Below, piece by piece: positions 17,441 to 26,124 of a DNA stretch of 64,000 nt (position 1 is the first letter of the stretch; every line of letters starts with the position of its first letter). A program made the translations under genes and the position numbers. Source of the DNA: an uncultured Gammaproteobacteria bacterium (GTDB taxonomy: Bacteria; Patescibacteriota; Patescibacteriia; UBA9934); NCBI GenBank assembly GCA_964569575.1, contig CAZMTL010000005.1, positions 9,053 to 73,052 on the forward strand, given 5' to 3'. A model generated the notes under the pieces. It was given only the letters and a program-made list of their open reading frames with translations, was not told the DNA's origin and did not search any database.

Positions 17441-17914
17441 ATGAGATGCCCAATTTGTAACAATAAATCTACGCGCGTGGTTGATTCGCGCCTTGCTCAG
17501 GATGGGGCAAGTGTTCGGCGGCGACGTGAATGTGAAAAAACGCGTTGCGCGTATCGATTTTCGACGGCCGAAGAAGTGGAATTGCTCGATGTTTCGATTG
17601 TGAAACGCGACGGGAAACGTGAGCCGTATCGACGCGATAAGCTGGTTGCTGGATTGAAGCGCGCGCTCGAAAAACGTCCGTATACCGATGATCAATTTCG
17701 TTCACTTGTACAAAAAATTGAACGCGATGTTCAAAAAAGACGAAGTGGCGAAGTTACAAGCGATGTCATGGGCGATATTGTGATGAAAAAATTGAAGCAA
17801 TTCGACAAGGTGGCGTACATTCGTTTTGCATCTGTGTATTATTCATTTGAAGATTTGGAGAAATTTGAAGAAGAACTTCAGAAGTTGGGTCGGTTGAAAA
17901 AGAAGCGCGTGTAA
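17441..17914 (+). CDS. nrdR: Transcriptional repressor NrdR (zinc ribbon plus ATP cone)
   Basis: MRCPICNNKSTRVVDSR...C-x-x-C zinc ribbon; ORF track 17390..17914 trimmed to the conserved start. Confidence 0.9.
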   Translation: MRCPICNNKSTRVVDSRLAQDGASVRRRRECEKTRCAYRFSTAEEVELLDVSIVKRDGKREPYRRDKLVAGLKRALEKRPYTDDQFRSLVQKIERDVQKRRSGEVTSDVMGDIVMKKLKQFDKVAYIRFASVYYSFEDLEKFEEELQKLGRLKKKRV

Positions 17915-17917
17915 CTG

Positions 17918-17926
17918 TGTTATAAT
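17918..17926 (+). promoter_or_regulatory. Extended -10 promoter TGtTATAAT ending 9 nt before the pyk ATG (probable leaderless mRNA)
   Basis: 'ctgtgttataattttgctatATGgag': no room for a 5' UTR or SD. Confidence 0.5.
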
Positions 17927-17934
17927 TTTGCTAT

Positions 17935-19353
17935 ATGGAGGCGAAGCGAACGAAAATTGTTTGCACTATTGGTCCGGCATCCAGCTCTGTTTCGATGCTT
18001 ACTCGAATGATCCGTCATGGGATGAATGTCGCTCGTTTGAATTTTTCGCACGGAACGCATGCCGAACATCAGCAGCTTTTGCGTCACATTCGCAAAGCGG
18101 CGAAGGATGTTGGGACTCATGTTGCTATTTTGCAAGATCTGCAAGGTCCGAAGATTCGTGTCGGTGTTCTTCCGGCCGAAGGAGTTGTGTTGCGAAAATC
18201 ACAGAAGATTCAGTTTACGACCGCTACGGACGTGTTTCATCCGGGGAAGCCGCTTCCAGTTACGTATAAGCAACTTCATCTTGATGTAAAAAAAGATCAT
18301 CGTATTTTGCTCGATGATGGGCGAATGGAGGTTGTGGTTCAGTCTGTTCGAGGGAAGGTGGTGACGGGGAAGGTGGTGTTTGGTGGAGTGTTGACGTCGC
18401 ATAAAGGCATGAACTTGCCCGATTCTACGGTTTCTGCCGCCGCGTTTACGGCAAAGGATCGCGAAGATGCATTGTTTGGATTGTCGCAAGAAGTTGATTG
18501 GGTAGCTCTTTCGTTCGTGACGAGCGCGAAGGTGGTGCGAGAAGTGCGACGGTTTTTGCAGGAACATGCTCGTATTGCGGGTGTTGCTGTTCCGAAAATT
18601 ATTGTCAAAATTGAGCGAAAGGAAGGTGTTCAGGATTTTGTAGATATTTTGAGTGAGGCGGATGGGATTATGATTGCGCGTGGTGATTTAGGTGTCGAAA
18701 TTCCGCTGGAAGAAGTGCCTGTGTTACAGAAGGAATTTGTCGAGATCTGTCGACAGGCAGGGAAGCCGGTGATTGTGGCGACGCAGATGTTGGATTCGAT
18801 GTCGCACAGTCCTCGACCAACGCGCGCCGAGGCTTCGGATGTCGCGAATGCGGTGATGGATCATGCGGATGCTCTAATGTTGTCACAGGAAACTGCTACG
18901 GGTGAATTCCCGGACGAAGCGGTTGAGGTGATGACTGCGATTATTTGCGAAGCAGAGAAATCGAGAATGGATGATATCGGGTTTTATCAAATTCATTCGA
19001 TGGAAGATGCTCCTACGGCAATTGCGCATACGGTTCATATATTGGCCGAAAATGATCAAATTGATGCGATTGTGACTTCGGCCGAATATGGACGTGCGGC
19101 TTTTTTGTTGAATGTCTTTCGACCAAATGTGCCTATTTTTATGGCGTGTCGTGATGATGTTTCGTTGCGTCAAAGTATTTTGCGAGCAGGTATTGAGCCA
19201 TTTGTTGAAAAATCTGATGCAGGTTCGTTTATTCAACGTAGTCGGAATGCATTGATTCGCAAAAAGAAAATCCGATCGACTGATCGGATCGCTTTTGTGG
19301 TTGTTGGAACGAATGCTTCACTATCCCTCACCATCGTGCCGTACGCTAGCTAG
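17935..19353 (+). CDS. pyk: Pyruvate kinase
   Basis: N-terminus MEAKRTKIVCTIGPAS and conserved PK motifs (MIARGDLGVEIP). Confidence 0.95.
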   Translation: MEAKRTKIVCTIGPASSSVSMLTRMIRHGMNVARLNFSHGTHAEHQQLLRHIRKAAKDVGTHVAILQDLQGPKIRVGVLPAEGVVLRKSQKIQFTTATDVFHPGKPLPVTYKQLHLDVKKDHRILLDDGRMEVVVQSVRGKVVTGKVVFGGVLTSHKGMNLPDSTVSAAAFTAKDREDALFGLSQEVDWVALSFVTSAKVVREVRRFLQEHARIAGVAVPKIIVKIERKEGVQDFVDILSEADGIMIARGDLGVEIPLEEVPVLQKEFVEICRQAGKPVIVATQMLDSMSHSPRPTRAEASDVANAVMDHADALMLSQETATGEFPDEAVEVMTAIICEAEKSRMDDIGFYQIHSMEDAPTAIAHTVHILAENDQIDAIVTSAEYGRAAFLLNVFRPNVPIFMACRDDVSLRQSILRAGIEPFVEKSDAGSFIQRSRNALIRKKKIRSTDRIAFVVVGTNASLSLTIVPYAS

Positions 19354-19664
19354 AATTGAAATCGTTCGGTCACAATTCTTGAGACGCTTTTTTCTAGTTG
19401 TGTAACTAGCCAGTTTTGAAATCCTTCAGAGCGTATAAATGCTTGCCCTGCGTAAAGTAGTACGGCTGTAATGACAAGTGTTCCGATTACGACGCCAACT
19501 GCGTTTAAAAGACCGCTCATGATCCCATTAGTAATTCGGTTTTTTCGATGTTTTCGTTGAGTGCGATCGATTAAATCATATAAATCTTCGACTTGCGTAT
19601 TGAGCGATTTTAGTTCGTCCAAAATTTCAGATGTTTTAGTTGTTGGTTTTGCTTGTGGAGGCAT
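19350..19664 (-). CDS. Hypothetical small membrane protein (coiled coil plus one TM helix)
   Basis: ORF only; TM segment GLLNAVGVVIGTLVITAVLLYAG; 4-nt overlap with the convergent pyk stop. Confidence 0.4.
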   Translation of the reverse strand: MPPQAKPTTKTSEILDELKSLNTQVEDLYDLIDRTQRKHRKNRITNGIMSGLLNAVGVVIGTLVITAVLLYAGQAFIRSEGFQNWLVTQLEKSVSRIVTERFQF

Positions 19665-20388
19665 ATTTTCGGAGTTGTTTACGTTTTTCTTTAAAGAGTG
19701 CTTTTGTCGTTTTTTCCCATTTTTCTGTTGCGGCTGTGAAGGCGATGGGCGAAAGTTGGTCTAGGTGTTGTTGAATGAACGCGCCTGTTTCTTTCGGGTA
19801 GAGATTGCCGCATTCTCGCAGTGTCCAGCCGACGGCTTTTTGTACGTATACGTCGGGGTCGTTGAGAAGATTTTGTACGAGTGGGAGAATTTTTCTTGAT
19901 TTTGTTGGAGATGTTTTTCTGCTATTACTGTAATACAGCAGGCTAGTAAGAGAGAGTCTACGAAGCCAGGGATTTTTTGAGCGGTTCCAGAGGTGAAGGG
20001 TTGGTTCTATTTTTTCTGGATGATGTTCGTGAAGATGTGCGTAAATTCCACTCAATCCGTCTGAATGTGCCCAGTTGTCGATTTTCGCTGACCATTTCTT
20101 TAGCATCGGCCAGTCCTGAATACGTACGCGTTTTTGTTTTGGTTCAAAATAGAGAATTGCGATTGTGAGTACTTCGTGATTTGTTGATTCGTGCCACAGT
20201 GCGTCGACTCGCTTTTTTATGTTTTGCTGTTCTTGCTGATAAAACTCGTTTGCGATTTTTCGTACCGATGGAATGGAGCAGCCCAAGCTTTTGAAGTGCG
20301 ATTTAATATAGCCTTCATCGTGCTTCGCGCGATCTTTGTTTGCGTGTTGTTTTAGTTGTTTGAGCAGCGTTCGTTCGTCGGTGTTCAT
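19636..20388 (-). CDS. DNA alkylation repair enzyme family protein (AlkD-like HEAT-repeat glycosylase fold)
   Basis: ORF 19636..20718 trimmed to MNTDERTLL at 20388 (ATGA overlap with the upstream gene's stop); W/K-rich HEAT-like repeats, WLRRLSLTSLL, VQKAVGWTLRE. Confidence 0.65.
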   Translation of the reverse strand: MNTDERTLLKQLKQHANKDRAKHDEGYIKSHFKSLGCSIPSVRKIANEFYQQEQQNIKKRVDALWHESTNHEVLTIAILYFEPKQKRVRIQDWPMLKKWSAKIDNWAHSDGLSGIYAHLHEHHPEKIEPTLHLWNRSKNPWLRRLSLTSLLYYSNSRKTSPTKSRKILPLVQNLLNDPDVYVQKAVGWTLRECGNLYPKETGAFIQQHLDQLSPIAFTAATEKWEKTTKALFKEKRKQLRKYASTSKTNN

Positions 20389-20825
20389 AGGTTTGCGAAA
20401 TACTGGCTGATCAGTACAAGTGCTGCCCACCATCCGATCAGTGAAATGATAAAGCTTACGAACGTTGCCCGTTGCAGTGATTGCGGAAGAAGTTGTGTTT
20501 GCTTGCCTGCGCGTTCGCGTTGTAGAAGAATGGGGCTGACGTAGAATGTGAGAAATGAGCCGTTCGCGATAAGGATGATTGCTGTGACTGCGAGTGTGAG
20601 CTGGAGGGTTGGTTGGGAGTTTTGAAATGTGATGATGCCACCTGCGATAGCAAGAAATGTCCCAAGCCAAATAAGGGGTTTGGTGATTTTGTGTGATCGC
20701 GTTGTCGCTTCGGTCCAATATCCAGACGTGCGACCTAGAAATGCGTGAACATCAATAACGGTGACAGCCCCGTGTCCGATCACGAATCCTGCAAGTAGAA
20801 GAAAAATGCCGATAAAGTCAGTCAT
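20385..20825 (-). CDS. Hypothetical 4-TM membrane protein
   Basis: Four hydrophobic helices; start/stop coupling with the downstream AlkD-like gene. Confidence 0.6.
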   Translation of the reverse strand: MTDFIGIFLLLAGFVIGHGAVTVIDVHAFLGRTSGYWTEATTRSHKITKPLIWLGTFLAIAGGIITFQNSQPTLQLTLAVTAIILIANGSFLTFYVSPILLQRERAGKQTQLLPQSLQRATFVSFIISLIGWWAALVLISQYFANL

Positions 20826-20861
20826 GCTAGTAGTATAGCATTTCTTCGCATTAAACGATTG

Positions 20862-20888
20862 CGCCCCGGACCTTGTGGGTCCGGGGCG
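20862..20888 (-). terminator. GC-rich hairpin (11-bp stem CGCCCCGGACC/GGTCCGGGGCG) downstream of the high-GC gene 20894..21181
   Basis: Perfect inverted repeat read from the sequence. Confidence 0.5.
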
Positions 20889-20893
20889 AGAGG

Positions 20894-21181
20894 CTACTTG
20901 ATGATCAGGTCGATCTGGGTAGCTGGGATGTAGACTTCGATGGTCTCTTCCTTGCAGTGCACGGTGAGGTGATCAGGGTTGTGGCGATGGATGGTGACGA
21001 TGGCTTGTTCTCCTTTGCAGGGCTGGAACTCAGCCTTGTCGATGCTCTCCATGTAGTTGACTACTCCGGGCGTATTTCGAATCTGCTCGATGCGATCCGA
21101 TTCACTTTGTCCGCAGCGCCAGAGGGCGGCACAGCAGAGTGTCAGTACGAGGCTTCCGTTGATCAGGGCGCGACGCTTCAA
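20894..21181 (-). CDS. Small secreted Cys-containing hypothetical protein in a high-GC island (TTG start, GGAG SD)
   Basis: Signal-peptide-like N-terminus; GC3 about 75% by hand count, against about 40% for flanking genes; GGAG 7 nt upstream of the TTG. Confidence 0.55.
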   Translation of the reverse strand: MKRRALINGSLVLTLCCAALWRCGQSESDRIEQIRNTPGVVNYMESIDKAEFQPCKGEQAIVTIHRHNPDHLTVHCKEETIEVYIPATQIDLIIK

Positions 21182-21319
21182 GCTTGCTCCGGTCCTTCGC
21201 GTGCTCGCAAAGAGACATTTGATTTAACCACTTTGTTGGCTAAAAGTCAATTATTCTGCGGTTTTGTTGACGGTTGTAGATAAAGTAGGGGAAGATGAAT
21301 GGGTACAAAGGAGGTTCGG

Positions 21320-21781
21320 ATGTCTGTTCGTGTGATTAAGGCGCTTGTTCCATCGGTTCGCTTCATTGATCGTCCCGAGGTGCGGTTATTGCTTGAACGG
21401 GTGTTCATGGCTCGGCGGTTTGTTTGGGACGGCGTTTCCATGCGGCTCGACGCACGTGGCGAGCTGTATACTGTCGACGTTGACGAGGTTGATGTTCATG
21501 CGAAGGCTTGGAACACTGTCGAGATTCCAGGAACGCATGTGTATCGACCTGAGAAGGTGTACGACCATGTTACGTTTCATTTGATTCCCCGGGGTGGTCG
21601 ACGGGATTATTGCAAGGTCACGTACGTTGAAGTTGTCGCTCAGCTTCCGTCTAGCGTGCTGCGTTCGCATCCGGATTATCGATTGGTTTGCGAAGTTACG
21701 CCCGAAGACAACGTGCTGATCTCGTGTGGCGGTCGATTGTTTCATCGCGCGATTACGACGGTATTTCGTGCGACGATCTAG
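21320..21781 (+). CDS. Hypothetical protein (154 aa) in a high-GC island
   Basis: ORF track 21299..21781 trimmed to the ATG at 21320, which has a strong AAGGAGG SD 5 nt upstream. Confidence 0.55.
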   Translation: MSVRVIKALVPSVRFIDRPEVRLLLERVFMARRFVWDGVSMRLDARGELYTVDVDEVDVHAKAWNTVEIPGTHVYRPEKVYDHVTFHLIPRGGRRDYCKVTYVEVVAQLPSSVLRSHPDYRLVCEVTPEDNVLISCGGRLFHRAITTVFRATI

Positions 21782-21796
21782 GCCGCAGAACGCATA

Positions 21797-21821
21797 CGCC
21801 CCGCGAGTTGATCGCGGGGCG
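21797..21821 (+). terminator. GC-rich hairpin (10-bp stem CGCCCCGCGA/TCGCGGGGCG, 5-nt loop) then CTTCTATT
   Basis: Perfect inverted repeat 16 nt after the stop of 21320..21781. Confidence 0.55.
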
Positions 21822-21827
21822 CTTCTA

Positions 21828-22370
21828 TTAGAACGTAAAGTTGAATTGTGCGAGCGGGTCGATGAATGTCACGTTTGTTGGTGCTTCGAACATCGAATCG
21901 TTTACATTTTCTCGAGAGCAATTTACATCAACGTCAGGTTGGTAGTTTGTACCGCTTCCGTTGTTTGATGAATCTGTTGTTGTTCCTTCGCTTTCATAGT
22001 CTTGCAAGGCGTCACTCAATCCGCAGAGTTTCATTCCTTCACTTCCGCCTTCTTCCCATGTGTAGGTACATTCTCCGTCCGAGATCACTCGGCCAGTTCT
22101 TCCATCAACATCCGCTTCAATAGCGAATTTGTCGTTTTTGATGTAGCTGGTACCTGTTCCGTATTCCCCGGACCAGGTGCATTTGAGTGATTCGCCACGT
22201 TGTAGGGCGGCTGCGAAAGAACCGGTGAATGTAGAATCGTTGTTTGATTCTACCGATGTTTTGGTGTCGGTTGTTTCCATTCCGTTGTTATTGACGGTGT
22301 TATTGGTTGCACAACCAGCTCCTAGAAGGAGAATGACGGCCAAGGCGGTGAAGGTGAGTGATGTTTTCAT
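21828..22370 (-). CDS. Putative lipoprotein (signal peptide with LLGAGC lipobox-like cysteine), Asn/Thr/Gly-rich
   Basis: MKTSLTFTALAVILLLGAGCATNN...; normal (low) GC. Confidence 0.65.
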   Translation of the reverse strand: MKTSLTFTALAVILLLGAGCATNNTVNNNGMETTDTKTSVESNNDSTFTGSFAAALQRGESLKCTWSGEYGTGTSYIKNDKFAIEADVDGRTGRVISDGECTYTWEEGGSEGMKLCGLSDALQDYESEGTTTDSSNNGSGTNYQPDVDVNCSRENVNDSMFEAPTNVTFIDPLAQFNFTF

Positions 22371-22381
22371 AGGGTCAATTT

Positions 22382-24370
22382 CTATTTTTCAAACTTGTTA
22401 AACAGGGTTGGGTCGATGTCCATTACTTTTGTGGCCCAGTCATTTCCGAAGCGTTGTCGAGCAACTTCTTCGGATGGAATATATTCTAACGCTTCACGCA
22501 CGTTTCCGGCAATAACTAGATACGTTTCTGGTTTGCTTTGAATTTTTACGAGCGTTCCTGCTTTTGGTAGCACGGGCATTCCGAGCGGGATCGTTGGAAG
22601 TGTTGCGTCGGTAACGATTTTGATATTGTCGAAGTTTGCGAATCGAGTGAAGTAAATGGCTTCGTTCATGAATGGCCGACGCGTTCCGTTTTCGATTAGG
22701 TAGACGGTGTCGTAGTTTTGGCCTCGAATCAACTGTGCGCCCGTGATGTCGGTGATTAGCTCGATGTTTCCTGTGAACGGTGATGGTCCTGTTGTAGGTG
22801 ATTCGGTTGATTCCTCTTCGTCCACTTCTTCTTCGATCACTTCGTTTTCACATTCAAACGACAGTTGTTCGCTTGCACTTGTTGAGGTGATTGATCCGCT
22901 TGTGTTTCGCAGGGCGAGGTAGACCGTTGTAGTGGATTGTTTGATCTGAAAATTCCACGACTTTGTGATACTTTCTGCCGTTAATTCTTGCCATGTCGCA
23001 TTTGAAAAATCTGCATTGTTCGAAAGAATGTATTCAGTTGCCCCGGCTGATTGAATGTTTACTTCACCTGTCAGGCTTCCAGAATCGCACGAATAGGCGA
23101 GGGAGTGGATTGAGAGAGAGGCTGTCGTGATCGGTGTTGCACTTGTTTCGGAAGACGAACTTCGTTTTACCGAGAAATTCCAGGTGGTTTCGTTGTTGAT
23201 TCCTGGGAATATTCCACCGCCGTCAACAGCGAATGCTCCGCTGTCGATTTGAATGTAGACATCTTCGCCGTTTGGTAATTGGCCTGGCTCGATGGTGATG
23301 GTTTCGGTTCCTGATCCGCTTACGCGATTGCTTTCAACATCGATTGTTGAAAAAAGTACGTCGTTGTTTGTGCGGTAGATGTAGATGTTTCCGGTTCCTG
23401 TGATGACGTCCTGGTCGAAGGTGATTTCTAGATCTGCACTTCGTAGTACGTCAACTTCGTTATCTGTTGGAGAGAGAGTTACGATTTCTGGTGCTTCGAA
23501 TGCGGTGAGGGAGAATTCTGCTCCAGCAGTTTCGGGCATATCTCCGTCTGCTCCGAACTCGACGACGTATCCAGGAAGCATACTTGTAGCACAGCCGAGG
23601 TCATTCCATTCGCCGCTTTGTAATCCACCCGAGAGGAACTGCGCGCAGTCTTCGCTGCTACTGCTGTCGTTTGGTTCGTTTTCGTTCCAGTTTTCGTATT
23701 CCCCAGGCACAACAGCTCCAAATTGATCACCTACCCAGAATAGGTCACCTGTTTCTGGTCCGGTCACCCAGCGCCATTCGTCTTCCACGGCGGCGTCGCT
23801 TGCACCCATCCATCCAGCTCCGCCAAGTCGAGCGGCGACGAAGTCATTTTCTTCCTGTGAAGTGATGGTGGTGAGATATCCTGTGGCTCCATAGCGTTCA
23901 AGTCCTGCCGCGGCGATCTGAGCATTGTTCCAGTTGATGTTTCCTGGCACGGAAATATATTCGTACAAATGTCCATTTCCGGAAAAGAATACTTCGCCTT
24001 CTTCTACGAGCGATACTTCTAATGTGTCGGCGCCGGTTGAGTCGGCTGTGTAGAGAAGTGTTGCGAGTGCTGCGTTTACATCTTCGACATCGCCTGAAAA
24101 GTAGAGTTCTGCTCCAGTTTCTGGACCGGTAAACGTGAGTCCGGTTGTTGTTGTCATTTCGAGCGTTCCGTTGCTTACGAGTAATTTTACCGGAATGACT
24201 CCTACGGCATTAAGAACTTCGATGCCTGTTAAAAGGATAGGTAGGTCGACTGTTGCTGTTTGGTTGTCGTCGCCGATGACTTCTAATTCACCGTCAGCAT
24301 AAGTTGGCTGAATGTGCAGCAGGGAAGTTGCAAGCACGCTGATTAATAACGCGCCAAGAATCTTTTTCAT
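22382..24370 (-). CDS. Secreted C-type lectin domain protein (CTLD with EPN and WND motifs) plus a C-terminal domain shared with the 1679-aa protein
   Basis: ORF 22382..24397 trimmed to MKKILGALLISVLATSLLHIQPTYA (signal peptide); CTLD motifs WNNAQ...C, ITSQEENDFV, GWMGASD...EDEWRWV, WNENEPN, EDCAQF, GEWNDLGC. Confidence 0.85.
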   Translation of the reverse strand: MKKILGALLISVLATSLLHIQPTYADGELEVIGDDNQTATVDLPILLTGIEVLNAVGVIPVKLLVSNGTLEMTTTTGLTFTGPETGAELYFSGDVEDVNAALATLLYTADSTGADTLEVSLVEEGEVFFSGNGHLYEYISVPGNINWNNAQIAAAGLERYGATGYLTTITSQEENDFVAARLGGAGWMGASDAAVEDEWRWVTGPETGDLFWVGDQFGAVVPGEYENWNENEPNDSSSSEDCAQFLSGGLQSGEWNDLGCATSMLPGYVVEFGADGDMPETAGAEFSLTAFEAPEIVTLSPTDNEVDVLRSADLEITFDQDVITGTGNIYIYRTNNDVLFSTIDVESNRVSGSGTETITIEPGQLPNGEDVYIQIDSGAFAVDGGGIFPGINNETTWNFSVKRSSSSETSATPITTASLSIHSLAYSCDSGSLTGEVNIQSAGATEYILSNNADFSNATWQELTAESITKSWNFQIKQSTTTVYLALRNTSGSITSTSASEQLSFECENEVIEEEVDEEESTESPTTGPSPFTGNIELITDITGAQLIRGQNYDTVYLIENGTRRPFMNEAIYFTRFANFDNIKIVTDATLPTIPLGMPVLPKAGTLVKIQSKPETYLVIAGNVREALEYIPSEEVARQRFGNDWATKVMDIDPTLFNKFEK

Positions 24371-24480
24371 ACGAAAAATAAAGTAATATTGGCTCAATTA
24401 TAACACGGACGCACGGATTATTTTTTGTTTGGAAGTGTGGGTGTTGATAGGTTTTGTGGGGAGGGTTGAAAATGAAAAAA

Positions 24481-24505
24481 CCACAGCCGAAGCTGTGATT
24501 TTTTC
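24481..24505. terminator. Bidirectional terminator CACAGC-CGAA-GCTGTG flanked by A/T runs, just 3' of tRNA-Asp
   Basis: aaaaaaccacagccgaagctgtgattttttc. Confidence 0.6.
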
Positions 24506-24581
24506 TGGCGGGCTGGACGGGACTCGAACCCGCAACTTCCGCCGTGACAGGGCGGTGCTCTAACCATTGAACTACCAGCCC
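24506..24581 (-). tRNA. tRNA-Asp (anticodon GUC), CCA encoded
   Basis: Minus-strand read GGGCUGG-UA-GUUC-AAUGGUUA-GAGC-A-CCGCC-CU-GUC-AC-GGCGG-AAGUU-GCGGG-UUCGAGU-CCCGU-CCAGCCC-G-CCA folds as a cloverleaf. Confidence 0.9.
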
Positions 24582-24668
24582 ATTTGTGTGACACAGACGC
24601 GTGTCAGTAAATGGTGGCGAAATGGTATCAAATCATCTTTTTTTTGGCAAGAAACGGTTATAAACAAG

Positions 24669-24703
24669 AGAGCCCCCTTTCAGCGAGTGCTGTAGGGGGC
24701 TCG
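24669..24703 (-). terminator. GC-rich hairpin (9-bp stem GAGCCCCCT/AGGGGGCTC) 3' of the island gene 24729..25964
   Basis: Perfect inverted repeat with a 16-nt loop. Confidence 0.5.
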
Positions 24704-24728
24704 AGAGAACTGGCGCAGTGGCGCTGGT

Positions 24729-25964
24729 TCAGAAGGTGGTGAACGTCGGGCAGTTGGCGCCGGACGGGAAGCAGGCCTTGGTGAGAGCGATGTTGTCGCT
24801 TCCGTTCACCCAGGTGCAGCTTCCGTCATCGTTGCGGTTGAACGTGCCGTGGAGCTGGTAGACCGTGCCGGTCTTCAGTGCCGTTTCGTTTGGAACCGTG
24901 ATGGTGAGCGAGTCGTGCACAATGATTGCGGACAGGTCCTCGACGGTGCACTTGACCGGTTCGCTGTTCGCTGTCGCCGTATCTGACTGCGGCATCGTTC
25001 CCGTTTGCGTCATTGCGATGGTTGTCGGTTGACTGGTTGTTGCGACCGTCGGTTCCTGCGGTGGCATGGTGACAGTGCGCTTGGGCATGATTCCTTCAAT
25101 AGGAAGCTCTGCCCGGACTACGCGTTGCGCAGTTGGCCGGATTTCGCTTTCGCCCACGTTCCAGTTCGAGATCATCACCACCGTCATGGTGAGAGCCAGA
25201 ATTCCGCTCATCGTGAAGAGTGCCGCGAGTACGCTTGCGATTCCGATCGTTGGGATGAACCAGCCGCGCAGTTGCGTTCGCTCGGTTTCTTCTTCGTCCT
25301 CTTCCGTTTCCTGAGAGGCCCTGAAGAACTCGTCCTCGAAGTCCTTGGTCGTCAGTGGCTCTCCTCGTGCGTCGGTCGGTGCCGTGTTTGTAGTAGCGCC
25401 TTCCTTGGCTTTTTCGAACCACGGAGTTTCGGTGACTTCGTTGAACGGGTCGCCGGTGTCTTCGGCGGGCTTCTTCTTGAAGAGGGTTGTCGCAGGCACG
25501 CCCTCTTCTACCACCAGCCCTGCGAGAGGGTCTCCCTCGTCGAAGCTGTCGAGATCGCCTGGAGGGAGATCGGGCAGGCCTTCATCGTTGAAGGTAGTGG
25601 CAGCGTGGTCGCGAAGACGCATGATGCCAGTATCCCCTTCTTTGAACGTGAGGTAGCCGTCCTCGGGAACGATGGTGTCGGCGCTGTCCCTCGTGCGTCC
25701 ATTGCCGGAGCTGAGTACACGGGTGGCTGCACCTGGGTGGGTAGAGAGCTCCGCAGCCGCTTCTTTGGCCGGAGCCGTTGTTGCCGCTTCCGCTGCCTTG
25801 GCTTCCCCCGCTGTCTTTGCCGCTGCGCGCTCTTTCATGTTCTTGAGGTGTTCTTCTGCGGTCGGTCGCTCTCCTTCGATTTCTTTGCAGGCCGCGACGA
25901 GATTCTTGAAGTCCTCGCAGGACTGGTCGATGCGGGCCGAGCTGTCTGGCGTGTCCTTACCCAT
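24729..25964 (-). CDS. Hypothetical single-pass membrane protein (acidic, Ala/Glu-rich cytoplasmic N-domain; extracytoplasmic Cys-containing C-domain) in a high-GC island
   Basis: ORF 24729..26267 trimmed to the ATG at 25964 with a GGAG SD; GC3 about 85% over the first 13 codons; TM helix GWFIPTIGIASVLAALFTMSGILALTMTVV. Confidence 0.6.
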   Translation of the reverse strand: MGKDTPDSSARIDQSCEDFKNLVAACKEIEGERPTAEEHLKNMKERAAAKTAGEAKAAEAATTAPAKEAAAELSTHPGAATRVLSSGNGRTRDSADTIVPEDGYLTFKEGDTGIMRLRDHAATTFNDEGLPDLPPGDLDSFDEGDPLAGLVVEEGVPATTLFKKKPAEDTGDPFNEVTETPWFEKAKEGATTNTAPTDARGEPLTTKDFEDEFFRASQETEEDEEETERTQLRGWFIPTIGIASVLAALFTMSGILALTMTVVMISNWNVGESEIRPTAQRVVRAELPIEGIMPKRTVTMPPQEPTVATTSQPTTIAMTQTGTMPQSDTATANSEPVKCTVEDLSAIIVHDSLTITVPNETALKTGTVYQLHGTFNRNDDGSCTWVNGSDNIALTKACFPSGANCPTFTTF

Positions 25965-26124
25965 GCTGTCTCCAGATGCTGATTGGTGAAAGATCGAGGT
26001 TGAATATTTCAAACATAGATGTCTGAACTGACGGATAGTACAGGAAATACCAAGAATGTCAATAAATACAAAGCGATCCCCAGCGCCGAAGCGGTGGGGA
26101 TCTCGATTTCGCCTGGCGCTGCGC

